Assembly: GCA_016868835.1 (NCBI GenBank)
Contig: VGFR01000001.1
Location: 1,396 to 65,395, forward strand
Length of the DNA: 64,000 bases
Reading direction: 5' to 3'
Origin: Bacteroidota bacterium
GTDB lineage: Bacteria; Bacteroidota; Bacteroidia; Flavobacteriales_D; Sanyastnellaceae
The translations under genes were made by a program, and so were the position numbers. The number at the start of each line of letters is the position of its first letter. Position 1 is the stretch's first letter. The notes under the pieces are model-generated. The model worked only from the letters and a program-made list of their open reading frames with translations, made no database searches and was not told the DNA's origin. This document shows positions 54,964 through 64,000 of the stretch, in pieces.

Positions 54964-55941
54964 TTAGGCCATTACAAGCGCAATCTCTTTTAATTTTTTT
55001 CGGATGAATTGGGGGTCTGGGCTAGTTACCAAATCCATACGAAATGGTTTGAAATGAGGAATACCTTTGAAGTAGTTGGTGTAATGTCTGCGCATTTCAA
55101 GAACTCCTAAAACAGGCCCTTTCCATTGTATAGAAAATTCAAAATGTTTTAAACAAGCCTCAACGCGTTCATGAATGGTAGGGGGCGGTAAAAGTTCTTT
55201 GGTATTGAAATAGTGTTTAATTTCTCTGAAGATCCAGGGATATCCGATGCTTGCCCTACCAACCATTATTCCATCAACCCCAAACCGCTCTTTATATTCC
55301 CATGCTTTTTCCGGAGAATCGATATCTCCATTTCCAAAAATGGGAATATGTATTCGAGGATTGTCTTTTACACGCCCAATAAGCTCCCAATTTGCCTCAC
55401 CTTTATACATCTGAACGCGTGTTCTTCCGTGTATTGTAAGCGCCTGAATGCCTATATCTTGAAGCCTTTCGGCCACCTCTTCAATATTTTTAGAACTTTC
55501 ATCCCAACCCAAACGGGTTTTAACCGTAACGGGAAGTTTTGTTGCTTTCACCACGGCCTCGGTCATACGGATCATTTTTGGAATATTTTGTAAAATTCCT
55601 GCTCCAGCCCCTTTACAAGTCACTTTTGAAACCGGACACCCGTAGTTAATGTCAAGAAGATTGGGTTGAACAGACTCAATAATCTCCGCAGAGCGAACCA
55701 TTGATTCAATCTCACCTCCAAAAATCTGCACGCCAATTGGCCTTTCATATTCGAAAATATCAAGTTTTTTTTTGCTCTTAACAGCATCTCGAATTAACCC
55801 CTCACTACTAATAAACTCGGTGTACATGAGATCCACCCCCTGTTCTTTGCACACCAGTCGGAAAGGTGGATCACTCACATCTTCCATTGGAGCTAAAAGC
55901 AACGGAAAGTCAGGAAGCTCAATGTCTCCAATTTTAATCAA
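54964..55941 (-). CDS. dusB: tRNA-dihydrouridine synthase
   Basis: LLAPMEDVSDPPFR, NYGCPV and TIHGRTR motifs of the Dus family. 325 aa. Confidence 0.85.
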   Translation of the reverse strand: MIKIGDIELPDFPLLLAPMEDVSDPPFRLVCKEQGVDLMYTEFISSEGLIRDAVKSKKKLDIFEYERPIGVQIFGGEIESMVRSAEIIESVQPNLLDINYGCPVSKVTCKGAGAGILQNIPKMIRMTEAVVKATKLPVTVKTRLGWDESSKNIEEVAERLQDIGIQALTIHGRTRVQMYKGEANWELIGRVKDNPRIHIPIFGNGDIDSPEKAWEYKERFGVDGIMVGRASIGYPWIFREIKHYFNTKELLPPPTIHERVEACLKHFEFSIQWKGPVLGVLEMRRHYTNYFKGIPHFKPFRMDLVTSPDPQFIRKKLKEIALVMA

Positions 55942-55953
55942 AGTGAAGTTGAA

Positions 55954-56517
55954 TTATATGGTCATGATGTCCTTGTCTTTTGCAGCAAGAACTTCATCAA
56001 CTTTTTTATTGAAGCGATCAGTTAATTCTTGAACTTTTGTTTCTCCAGATTTTGCTTCATCTTCTGGTAAACCATCTTTTTGAGCCTGTTTTAGGAAATC
56101 AATTGCCGCTTTTCGAGAGTTACGAATTCCAACTCGTGCGTGCTCTCCTTCTGCGTGAGAACGTTTTGAAAGTTCTTTTCTTCGCTCTTCAGTTAGCATA
56201 GGCACGGCAATCATAATAACGTCTCCGTTGTTTTGAGGATTTAAGCCTAAGTTTGCTTCCATGATGCCCTTAGAAATGGAGTCTAACATTCCCTTTTCCC
56301 AAGGTTGAACGGTTAATGTTCTTGCGTCAGGCGTGGTAATGTTGGCAACATTTTTAAGCGGGGTAAGACTTCCATAATAATCTACACGAACACCTTCCAG
56401 CATAGCAGGTGTTGCCTTTCCGGCTCTAATTTTATTTAATTCAAATTCAAGGTGCTCAATGCTTTTATTCATGGCGTCTTGTGCCTCATCTAAAGCCATT
56501 TTAACTTCGTCAGACAT
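55954..56517 (-). CDS. frr: Ribosome recycling factor
   Basis: 187 aa. ...FELNKIRAGKATPAMLEGVRVDYYGS... matches the canonical Frr. Confidence 0.95.
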   Translation of the reverse strand: MSDEVKMALDEAQDAMNKSIEHLEFELNKIRAGKATPAMLEGVRVDYYGSLTPLKNVANITTPDARTLTVQPWEKGMLDSISKGIMEANLGLNPQNNGDVIMIAVPMLTEERRKELSKRSHAEGEHARVGIRNSRKAAIDFLKQAQKDGLPEDEAKSGETKVQELTDRFNKKVDEVLAAKDKDIMTI

Positions 56518-56529
56518 ATTTATTTTTGT

Positions 56530-57237
56530 TTAAAATTCTACTTTTGTTCCTACCGCATCACCCTGAACCAACCGCATTAAATTTCCCGACTTATTCATAT
56601 CAAAAACAATGATGGGCAGCTTATTTTCATTGCAAAGGGTAAATGCGGTCATGTCCATAACATTCAACCCCTTTTCAAATACTTCAGAAAAAGTAACAAC
56701 ATCATATTTTTCTGCAGAAGGATCTTTTTCTGGATCTGCGGTGTAGATTCCATCAACTCGAGTTCCCTTTAGAACCACGTCTGCCTCAATTTCAATGGCC
56801 CGCAATGAAGCCGCTGTATCTGTTGTGAAAAAAGGATTACCCGTACCCGAACCGAAAATAACCACGCGATTTTTTTCAAGATGGCGAACAGCTTTGCGTT
56901 TAATAAATGGTTCACAAATCTGTTTCATCTCAATAGCGCTTTGAAGTCGTGTGGGAACACCAACGCTTTCAAGTGCACTTTGTAACGCCATGCTGTTAAT
57001 CATGGTTGCAAGCATGCCCATATAATCACCTTGTGTTCTCTCCATTCCACCTTGTTCTGCTTGAACCCCACGGAAGATGTTTCCACCACCAATGACAATT
57101 GCTATTTCAACCCCCCTTTCCCAAACAGCTTTAATTTCTTGTGCGTATTGCATAATGCGCACATTGTCTATTCCGAACTGTTTGTCGCCCATCAAGGCCT
57201 CACCACTTAATTTGAGAAGAATGCGTTGGTATTTCAT
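56530..57237 (-). CDS. pyrH: UMP kinase
   Basis: [23 protein letters not shown] and [13 protein letters not shown] motifs. Confidence 0.95.
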   Translation of the reverse strand: MKYQRILLKLSGEALMGDKQFGIDNVRIMQYAQEIKAVWERGVEIAIVIGGGNIFRGVQAEQGGMERTQGDYMGMLATMINSMALQSALESVGVPTRLQSAIEMKQICEPFIKRKAVRHLEKNRVVIFGSGTGNPFFTTDTAASLRAIEIEADVVLKGTRVDGIYTADPEKDPSAEKYDVVTFSEVFEKGLNVMDMTAFTLCNENKLPIIVFDMNKSGNLMRLVQGDAVGTKVEF

Positions 57238-57243
57238 ACTTTG

Positions 57244-57251
57244 CGAAGTTA
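57244..57251 (-). promoter_or_regulatory. Possible variant -7 box (TAACTTCG on the minus strand) for pyrH
   Basis: One mismatch to TAnnTTTG. Lies 6 nt upstream of the ATG. Confidence 0.3.
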
Positions 57252-57302
57252 GTGAATTAGGTCATTCTGCACCCTATCTTCGCATATGATTCTACACGAC
57301 TT

Positions 57303-60110
57303 ATGGAATACGATTTTAGAAATATTGAAGTTAAATGGCGCAAGAAATGGGCGCAAGACGAGTCTTATAAAGTTACAGAAGACCTGAATAAAAAGAAATT
57401 TTATGTTCTGGATATGTTCCCCTATCCAAGCGGAGCGGGGCTTCATGTTGGTCACCCACTCGGTTACATTGCATCCGATATTTATGCACGATACACACGT
57501 CACAAGGGATTTAATGTGCTTCACCCCATGGGCTATGATTCATTTGGTTTGCCCGCAGAACAATACGCTATCTTAACGGGCCAGCATCCGGCTAAAACTA
57601 CGGAACAAAACATAGAACGTTATCGAGAACAGCTAGACAAAATAGGTTTTTCGTATGATTGGAGTAGAGAGGTTCGAACCAGCTCTCCCAATTACTATAA
57701 ATGGACCCAGAGGATTTTTGGATTATTATTTAATTCATGGTATGACTTGGAGTTGAATAAAACGCGTCCGGTCTCTGATCTTATTCGCAAGTTTGAAGAG
57801 AATGGTTCGTATGGTGTGAATGCCCACGTGGATGAAGAGTGGTTTAAAAATTATGTCTTAGAAGCGGACCATATTTTCTCTCCTCAATTTGAAGGTGAAT
57901 TCACCGCGACCGATTGGAGGAGCATGAATGAGGCGCAAAAAGAAGCTTTGCTCATGAACTATCGCATAGCTTACTTAGCTGACTCTGTTGTGAATTGGTG
58001 CCCAGCCTTGGGAACTGTTTTAGCCAATGATGAAATTAAAGATGGAGTTAGCGAGCGCGGCGGACACCCCGTTGAGCAGAAGAAAATGCGGCAGTGGAGC
58101 ATGCGAATTTCGGCGTTTTCAGAACGATTGATTTCTGATTTAGACACAATCGATTGGCCGGAGAATATTAAAGAAATTCAACGCAATTGGATTGGAAAAT
58201 CTTCTGGTGCACGGGTGCGTTTTCAAGCTGAGAAAGAAGTTACCATTGAGGTTTTCACTACACGTCCGGACACGCTTTATGGTGTATCATTTTTAACATT
58301 AGCTCCTGAGCACGAAAGTGTGGAGATTCTAACCACGGCTGAACAGCGAGAAGCTGTGGCAGAGTATGTGGCAAGCGCCAAGTTGAAAACAGAGCGTGAT
58401 CGAATGGCCGAGAAAAAGATTTCAGGCGTGTTCACTGGAAGCTACGCGTTGCACCCTTTTACAGGTGAACAAATTCCAATTTGGATTGGGGATTATGTTT
58501 TGTCAGGTTATGGAACAGGCGCTGTAATGGCCGTTCCTGCAGGGGATCAGCGCGATTATGATTTTGCGAAACACTTTAATTTAGAGATAAAAAATATTTT
58601 TACCGATTCAGATTTATCAGAGAAAGCTGAAACGTCAAAAGATGCTTTTATTGCCAATTCAGATTTTCTGAATGGAATGAATTATCATTTGGCATTTGAT
58701 GCGGTGTGCGATCGACTAATGGAAATAGGCGCTGGTGAAAAAAGAATAAATTATCGTTTGCGCGATGCCGTGTTTAGTCGTCAGCGATATTGGGGAGAGC
58801 CTTTTCCCATTTATTACGAAAATGGTATTCCTCGTTTAATCAATACGGAAGAGCTTCCAACAGAATTACCAGATGTAGATGCCTATCTTCCTACAGAATC
58901 GGGTGAGCCGCCGTTGGCTCGCGCGAAGAATTGGGATAGAAATGGTATGCCAATGGAGTGTAATACCATGCCCGGTTGGGCGGGGTCTTCATGGTATTTT
59001 TTGAGATATATGGACCCGCATAATACCCATGAAATAGCGAGCAAAGAAGCCATGAATTATTGGGGCCAGGTGGACTTGTACATGGGGGGTGCAGAGCACG
59101 CAACGGGGCATTTGTTGTATTCCCGTTTTTGGACGAAAGCGCTATTCGATTTGGGATATATACCATTCAATGAACCGTTTAAAAAAATGATTAACCAAGG
59201 AATGATTCTTGGTCGAAGTAGCTTTGTTTATCGCATTAAAGACACCAACACGTTTGTTACATACGAAAGGAGAAAAGAGTACGAAACTCAGCGGTTGTAT
59301 GCAGATATTTCTTTGGTAGATAATGATAAATTGGATATTGAGGCCTTTAAGAATTGGCTTCCTGAATATGCTAGTGCTGAATTCATAATGAACGAAAACA
59401 GCGAATATACCTGTGGCTCTGAAGTGGAGAAAATGTCGAAGTCGAAGTACAACGTACAAACCCCTGATGAGTTAGTAGAAAAATTTGGAGCAGACACATT
59501 GCGTTGTTATGAAATGTTCTTGGGCCCAGTTGAACAGAGCAAGCCGTGGGATACCAAAGGAATTAACGGTGTGCACAATTTCTTGCGAAGGTTCCACAGA
59601 TTGTTTATGGAGAATGAAGCATTTTCAGTTTCTTCAGAAGAACCTACAGCGGCTGAAATGAAAGTGGTTCACAAGACCATTAAAAAGATTACCGAAGATC
59701 TAGAGCGCTTTTCCTGGAATACAGTTGTTAGTGCTTTCATGATTGCAACGAATGAACTTACAGATTTGAAATGCAATAAACGGACGGCATTAGAGCCACT
59801 GGTAATTATGCTTTCGCCTTATGCACCTCATTTGGCAGAGGAAATTTGGAGTGAGTTAGGGCATGCTGGTTCGGTTATGAATGAAACTTGGCCTGTGGCC
59901 GAGAATAAATATTTGGAAGATGATAATTTTGAATACCCAGTTTCTTTCAATGGGAAGACACGTTTCTTCTTGTCTTTACCGGTAGGCATGAGTGCTGCAG
60001 ATGTTGAGGCGCAGGTATTGGCGTATGAGAGTACGGCCAAATATTTGGAAGGAAAAACACCGAAAAAAATTATAGTTGTTCCGAAGCGAATTGTAAATGT
60101 TGTTATGTAA
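57303..60110 (+). CDS. leuS: Leucine--tRNA ligase
   Basis: HVGHPLGY (HIGH) and KMSKSK motifs, with a CP1 editing domain. 935 aa. Confidence 0.97.
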   Translation: MEYDFRNIEVKWRKKWAQDESYKVTEDLNKKKFYVLDMFPYPSGAGLHVGHPLGYIASDIYARYTRHKGFNVLHPMGYDSFGLPAEQYAILTGQHPAKTTEQNIERYREQLDKIGFSYDWSREVRTSSPNYYKWTQRIFGLLFNSWYDLELNKTRPVSDLIRKFEENGSYGVNAHVDEEWFKNYVLEADHIFSPQFEGEFTATDWRSMNEAQKEALLMNYRIAYLADSVVNWCPALGTVLANDEIKDGVSERGGHPVEQKKMRQWSMRISAFSERLISDLDTIDWPENIKEIQRNWIGKSSGARVRFQAEKEVTIEVFTTRPDTLYGVSFLTLAPEHESVEILTTAEQREAVAEYVASAKLKTERDRMAEKKISGVFTGSYALHPFTGEQIPIWIGDYVLSGYGTGAVMAVPAGDQRDYDFAKHFNLEIKNIFTDSDLSEKAETSKDAFIANSDFLNGMNYHLAFDAVCDRLMEIGAGEKRINYRLRDAVFSRQRYWGEPFPIYYENGIPRLINTEELPTELPDVDAYLPTESGEPPLARAKNWDRNGMPMECNTMPGWAGSSWYFLRYMDPHNTHEIASKEAMNYWGQVDLYMGGAEHATGHLLYSRFWTKALFDLGYIPFNEPFKKMINQGMILGRSSFVYRIKDTNTFVTYERRKEYETQRLYADISLVDNDKLDIEAFKNWLPEYASAEFIMNENSEYTCGSEVEKMSKSKYNVQTPDELVEKFGADTLRCYEMFLGPVEQSKPWDTKGINGVHNFLRRFHRLFMENEAFSVSSEEPTAAEMKVVHKTIKKITEDLERFSWNTVVSAFMIATNELTDLKCNKRTALEPLVIMLSPYAPHLAEEIWSELGHAGSVMNETWPVAENKYLEDDNFEYPVSFNGKTRFFLSLPVGMSAADVEAQVLAYESTAKYLEGKTPKKIIVVPKRIVNVVM

Positions 60111-60129
60111 TATTTAATTTGGAGATAGA

Positions 60130-62079
60130 ATGATTTCAAGAGCTACCATTGATCGAATTTATCAGGCCATTCTCATAGAGGATGTAATTGGTGAGTTCGT
60201 CCATTTGAAGAGAAGTGGCTCGTCATTTCGAGGGTTATCTCCTTTTGTGAACGAAAAAACACCGAGCTTCTTTGTTGTTCCGGCGAAGGGAATTTATAAG
60301 GACTTTAGCTCGGGTAAGGGAGGAAATGCCATTGATTTTTTAATGCAGCACGAAAAACTCTCTTATCCAGAAGCGTTGAGATGGTTGGCGGCGAGGTATA
60401 ACATTGAAATTGAAGAGGAACAGGAAAGCGAAGAACAGCGTGCTGAAAAATCCGAAAGAGAACAATTAGCTGTTGTTACGGAATTTGCAAACAAGTATTT
60501 TCAGGAACAACTGCATAATTCCGAAATTGGAAGAAATATTGGGCTATCCTATTTCGAAGAGCGGGGCTTCAGAGAAGACATCATTAAAAAATTTCAATTG
60601 GGTTATTGTCCTGAAGGTTGGGACAAAATGTCTCAAGCGGCGTTATCTGCAGGTCATTCATTAACCTATTTGTTAAAAACAGGTTTAACGAGAGAAAAAG
60701 ATGGCGCACCCTATGATTTTTTCAGGGGAAGGGTTATGTTTCCAATTCACAATGTGAGCGGAAAAGTCATAGCGTTTGGTGGTAGAACACTGAAGGTAGA
60801 AAAGGAAATTGCCAAGTATTTCAACAGCCCTGAGAGTGATCTATACCACAAGAGCAGTGTGTTATATGGGATGCATTTGGCAAAAAATGCCATGGTGAAA
60901 GATGACAATTGCTATTTGGTTGAGGGATATACAGATGTAATAGCATTGCATCAAGCAGGTGTAGAGAATGTTGTGGCGAGTTCGGGAACAAGCCTCACAG
61001 AGGGACAAATTCGACTAATTAAACGATTCACCTCCAACATTACAATCTTGTATGACGGAGATAAGGCTGGTATTAAAGCAAGTTTTCGAGGTATTGATAT
61101 GATTTTGAAGGAAGGGTTGAATGTGCGAGTAGCAACTTTTCCAGATGGTGATGACCCAGATAGCTTCGCGAAAAAACATTCTAGTGAAGAGATTACAAAT
61201 TATATAGCCACTAACGCCAAAGATTTTATTCGCTATAAAACATCTCTTCTTCTTGAAGAAGTTGGAAATGATCCCATTAAAAAAGCGGGATTAATTAAAG
61301 GAATTGTAGAGAGTATTGGGCTAATTCCAGATGCAATTAAGCGATCTGTTTTCATTCAAGATTGTGCGCAGATAATGCAGATTGGTGAATCTGTTTTGCT
61401 GTTGGAATTAAACAAGATTTTACTCTCTAATAAAAAGGGCAAGGAGGAAATATCAACAACACCAACTTCTTCGGATGTACAACAAGAGTTTCCAATTGAA
61501 CCGACCTCTTTAGACGATGGATTTACCACGCTTCCAATTGAAAGAGAGTTAATTCGATTGCTTATTACTTATGGAGAGTATGGCGTTTCAATCAATATCC
61601 TCCAAGAAGATATGACGGTTAAGGCTCAGGATATTTCTGTGGCAGACTATATCATTGGAACCGTTGAAGAAGATAAAATAAAGTTTCAATCTGAATTGTA
61701 TCAACTCATGTTCAATGAATACGTTTCATTGGTGAATGAAAAATCGCTTTTCGAAGAATCTGAATTTACTCAGCATGGGAATGAAAGGGTTCGAAATGAA
61801 GCGGCAGATATATTCACCCCAAAGTATCAACTGAGTGAAAATTGGATGAACAAGCACGGTGTTTATTCAGAAAAAGAAGAAGACCGCCTAGCAATTACAA
61901 TCAAAGATTGCTTGTTTCGATTGAAATTGAGAAATGTACAATTGCGCATGAAAAGCTTGGAAATGGAGTTGGCAGAGGCAAAATCAGATGAAGAGATTTT
62001 CATGTTAATGGCTGAGAAGAAACGTCTCGATTTTGTTCGTGCAAAAATTGCCGATTACTTTGGAATTATCGCTTTATAA
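60130..62079 (+). CDS. dnaG: DNA primase
   Basis: N-terminal DnaG-type zinc-binding region (...GLSPFVNEKTPSFFV) and TOPRIM segment (LVEGYTDV...YDGDKAG). 649 aa. Confidence 0.95.
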   Translation: MISRATIDRIYQAILIEDVIGEFVHLKRSGSSFRGLSPFVNEKTPSFFVVPAKGIYKDFSSGKGGNAIDFLMQHEKLSYPEALRWLAARYNIEIEEEQESEEQRAEKSEREQLAVVTEFANKYFQEQLHNSEIGRNIGLSYFEERGFREDIIKKFQLGYCPEGWDKMSQAALSAGHSLTYLLKTGLTREKDGAPYDFFRGRVMFPIHNVSGKVIAFGGRTLKVEKEIAKYFNSPESDLYHKSSVLYGMHLAKNAMVKDDNCYLVEGYTDVIALHQAGVENVVASSGTSLTEGQIRLIKRFTSNITILYDGDKAGIKASFRGIDMILKEGLNVRVATFPDGDDPDSFAKKHSSEEITNYIATNAKDFIRYKTSLLLEEVGNDPIKKAGLIKGIVESIGLIPDAIKRSVFIQDCAQIMQIGESVLLLELNKILLSNKKGKEEISTTPTSSDVQQEFPIEPTSLDDGFTTLPIERELIRLLITYGEYGVSINILQEDMTVKAQDISVADYIIGTVEEDKIKFQSELYQLMFNEYVSLVNEKSLFEESEFTQHGNERVRNEAADIFTPKYQLSENWMNKHGVYSEKEEDRLAITIKDCLFRLKLRNVQLRMKSLEMELAEAKSDEEIFMLMAEKKRLDFVRAKIADYFGIIAL

Positions 62080-62122
62080 TTGAATCAGTTTTCTTTTATC
62101 TTCGAACCAAATTAGAAAGGAC

Positions 62123-62800
62123 ATGAATAGAAAGGAATTTAAAAAATATGCAACGGGCCACTTGGGCATGAACAGCACGACGGTTGACGATGTGGTATCA
62201 CATATGTACGCCCCTGAAATGATGACCCGAACTGTCATTGAAGAGAGAAATATGCCCTTCAGGGAAGTAGATGTCTTTTCAAGACTCATGGCTGATCGCA
62301 TTATTTTTCTCGGCACTGAGATTGACGATTACATTGCAAACATCATTCAAGCCCAATTGCTCTTTTTAGAAAGCACAGATTCCAAGAAAGACATTCAGAT
62401 ATACATCAACTCTCCAGGGGGAAGTGTTTATGCAGGATTGGGAATTTATGATACCATGCAATACATTAACCCAGATGTAGCCACAATTTGTACAGGAATG
62501 GCCGCCTCTATGGGTGCTGTTTTGTTGTGTTCAGGTGCAGCGGGAAAAAGAACAGGTCTAAAGCACTCTCGCGTCATGATACACCAACCGTTAGGAGGTG
62601 CCAGAGGTCAGGCTTCAGACATTGAAATTACGGCCAGAGAAATACAAAAATTGAAGAAGGAGTTGTATGATATCATTGCCATACATAGTGGTCAAACGTA
62701 TGATAAAGTATGGGAAGACAGTGACCGTGACTATTGGATGATTGCACAAGAAGCGAAGGAGTATGGAATGATAGATGAAGTTTTAGAAAGAAAGAAATAA
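62123..62800 (+). CDS. clpP: ATP-dependent Clp protease proteolytic subunit
   Basis: GMAASMG (Ser), MIHQP (His) and DRD catalytic-triad context. Carries the N-terminal extension typical of Bacteroidota. Confidence 0.95.
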   Translation: MNRKEFKKYATGHLGMNSTTVDDVVSHMYAPEMMTRTVIEERNMPFREVDVFSRLMADRIIFLGTEIDDYIANIIQAQLLFLESTDSKKDIQIYINSPGGSVYAGLGIYDTMQYINPDVATICTGMAASMGAVLLCSGAAGKRTGLKHSRVMIHQPLGGARGQASDIEITAREIQKLKKELYDIIAIHSGQTYDKVWEDSDRDYWMIAQEAKEYGMIDEVLERKK

Positions 62801-62822
62801 ACACCGCTTACAAAAACAGGGA

Positions 62823-62846
62823 AGAGACACGAACTTCGTGTCTCTC
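62823..62846 (+). terminator. Rho-independent terminator after clpP
   Basis: AGAGACACGAA-ct-TTCGTGTCTCT hairpin followed by CTTTGTTTC. Confidence 0.7.
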
Positions 62847-62862
62847 TTTGTTTCTAAAAAAA

Positions 62863-64000
62863 ATGAAAACATATTTTGTAGATGTGGTTGTGCCACTTGC
62901 AGTTCCGAAGCCATTGACCTATCGTGTGCCAATGGAGTGGGAGTTATATGTGAATCAAGGAAGTAGGGTGGTTGTTCCTATCGGGAAATCAAAGAAATAT
63001 ACAGGTATCATTTGGCGCGTGCATGAGGAAGTTCCAAAAGACCGTGCAGCTAAATACATTGATGAAGTGCTCGATGACCTGCCCATTCTATCTAAAAAAC
63101 AAATGGAATTGTGGAATTGGATGTCTCAGTATTATGCCTGCACGTTGGGCGAGATCATGTCTGCGGCACTGCCCACCGGATTAAAATTATCTAGCGAAAC
63201 CATTTATGTATCGAATCAGGTTGACGACTTAGTTTTGGAGCCACATGAATTGCTTTTGGTAGAATTCATGTCAAAAAAAAATCAAGTAGAAGGGGTTTCA
63301 GCACAAGAACTTCAAGTACACCTGCCGTTGATTCAAGTTCAAAAAACTGTTCGGTCATTGTTGAAAAAAGGAGCACTTTCTGCACTTGAAGAGGTTAAAG
63401 AGAAATTTGTGCCAAAGCGCATTACCTACCTCATGTTATCTCCTTCTTTTTGTTCAGATGAAGCGCTTCAAAACTGTTTTAATCAACTGGAAAAAAGAAA
63501 TGCCGACAAGCAACACGCTGCTCTAATGACTTTTATTCAATTGAGCAACTGGAATGGAATAGAGGGAGTTGCTGTGAGAAAAAAAGATGTAATTCAATCA
63601 TCAAAAACAGATCATGCAGCAATTCAAGGATTAATTAAAAAGGGTGTTCTAATTCAAGAAGAAAGAAATGAACGCAGAGTTGTAGGTGAAGAAGCTACCC
63701 GTGATGAAATGCCCATATTGTCTAAAGAGCAAGGGGAGGCAAAAGACAAGATTTTGAATCACAAAGGAACAAGTTTGTTATTTGGTGTTACTTCCTCAGG
63801 AAAAACAGAGGTTTACATTCACCTCATTGAAGAACAGTTGAAACAGGGTAAACAAGTTCTTTTTTTACTTCCGGAAATAGCCTTAACCACGCACCTTATT
63901 CATCGAGTTCAGGCATATTTTGGTGAGCAGGTTGGAGTTTATCATAGCGGCTATAGCACCCATGAACGAACAGAAGTTTGGCACCGTGTATTAGGAGGAA
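62863..64000 (+). CDS. priA: Primosomal protein N' (replication restart helicase), 5' part; runs off the window
   Basis: The frame is open from ATG 62863 to the window end and is absent from the ORF track because it has no stop. MKTYFVDVVVPLAVPKPLTYRVP... and Walker A GVTSSGKTEVY. Confidence 0.9.
   Translation, partial: MKTYFVDVVVPLAVPKPLTYRVPMEWELYVNQGSRVVVPIGKSKKYTGIIWRVHEEVPKDRAAKYIDEVLDDLPILSKKQMELWNWMSQYYACTLGEIMSAALPTGLKLSSETIYVSNQVDDLVLEPHELLLVEFMSKKNQVEGVSAQELQVHLPLIQVQKTVRSLLKKGALSALEEVKEKFVPKRITYLMLSPSFCSDEALQNCFNQLEKRNADKQHAALMTFIQLSNWNGIEGVAVRKKDVIQSSKTDHAAIQGLIKKGVLIQEERNERRVVGEEATRDEMPILSKEQGEAKDKILNHKGTSLLFGVTSSGKTEVYIHLIEEQLKQGKQVLFLLPEIALTTHLIHRVQAYFGEQVGVYHSGYSTHERTEVWHRVLGG

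Overview
This 64 kb window looks like a densely packed chromosomal segment from a Bacteroidota (Flavobacteriales-like) bacterium. Three things support that placement: a fused lpxC/fabZ gene, several cargo proteins carrying T9SS C-terminal sorting domains, and recurring TAnnTTTG '-7' promoter boxes. About 85% of the window is ordinary housekeeping: rpoN, galE, lpxA, lpxC/fabZ, recO-like, holB, tRNA-Cys, purF, panC, glmS, ybeY, mnmG, rpiB, rnpA, dCMP deaminase, trhO, dusB, frr, pyrH, leuS, dnaG, clpP and the 5' part of priA. The accessory-looking parts are: (i) a cluster of secreted T9SS cargo/adhesin-like genes at 1-10.6 kb, plus a LamG-type cargo at 21-24 kb; (ii) a cell-envelope cluster at 36.8-40.8 kb (FGE/GldJ-like lipoprotein, beta-barrel OMP, coiled-coil OmpA-family lipoprotein); and (iii) a MORN-repeat gene followed by a 480 bp coding-free gap of about 24% G+C at 45.5-46.0 kb. 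I found no CRISPR array, transposase, integrase, restriction-modification or toxin-antitoxin genes, and no recognisable defence genes. I cannot honestly claim a clear new 'system' here. The best candidates for under-described biology are modest. They are a His-less Hpt-like protein next to a DUF4301/UDP-sugar-pyrophosphorylase-like gene; a half-size GT5 'glycogen synthase' - DUF4270 - glmS operon behind a perfect 18 bp palindrome; a TetR gene with an operator-like palindrome heading the lpxC/fabZ-lpxA operon; a 75-aa periodic module in a 1298-aa T9SS cargo protein; and the AT-rich gap. All functional calls come from motif recognition by eye, not from database searches.
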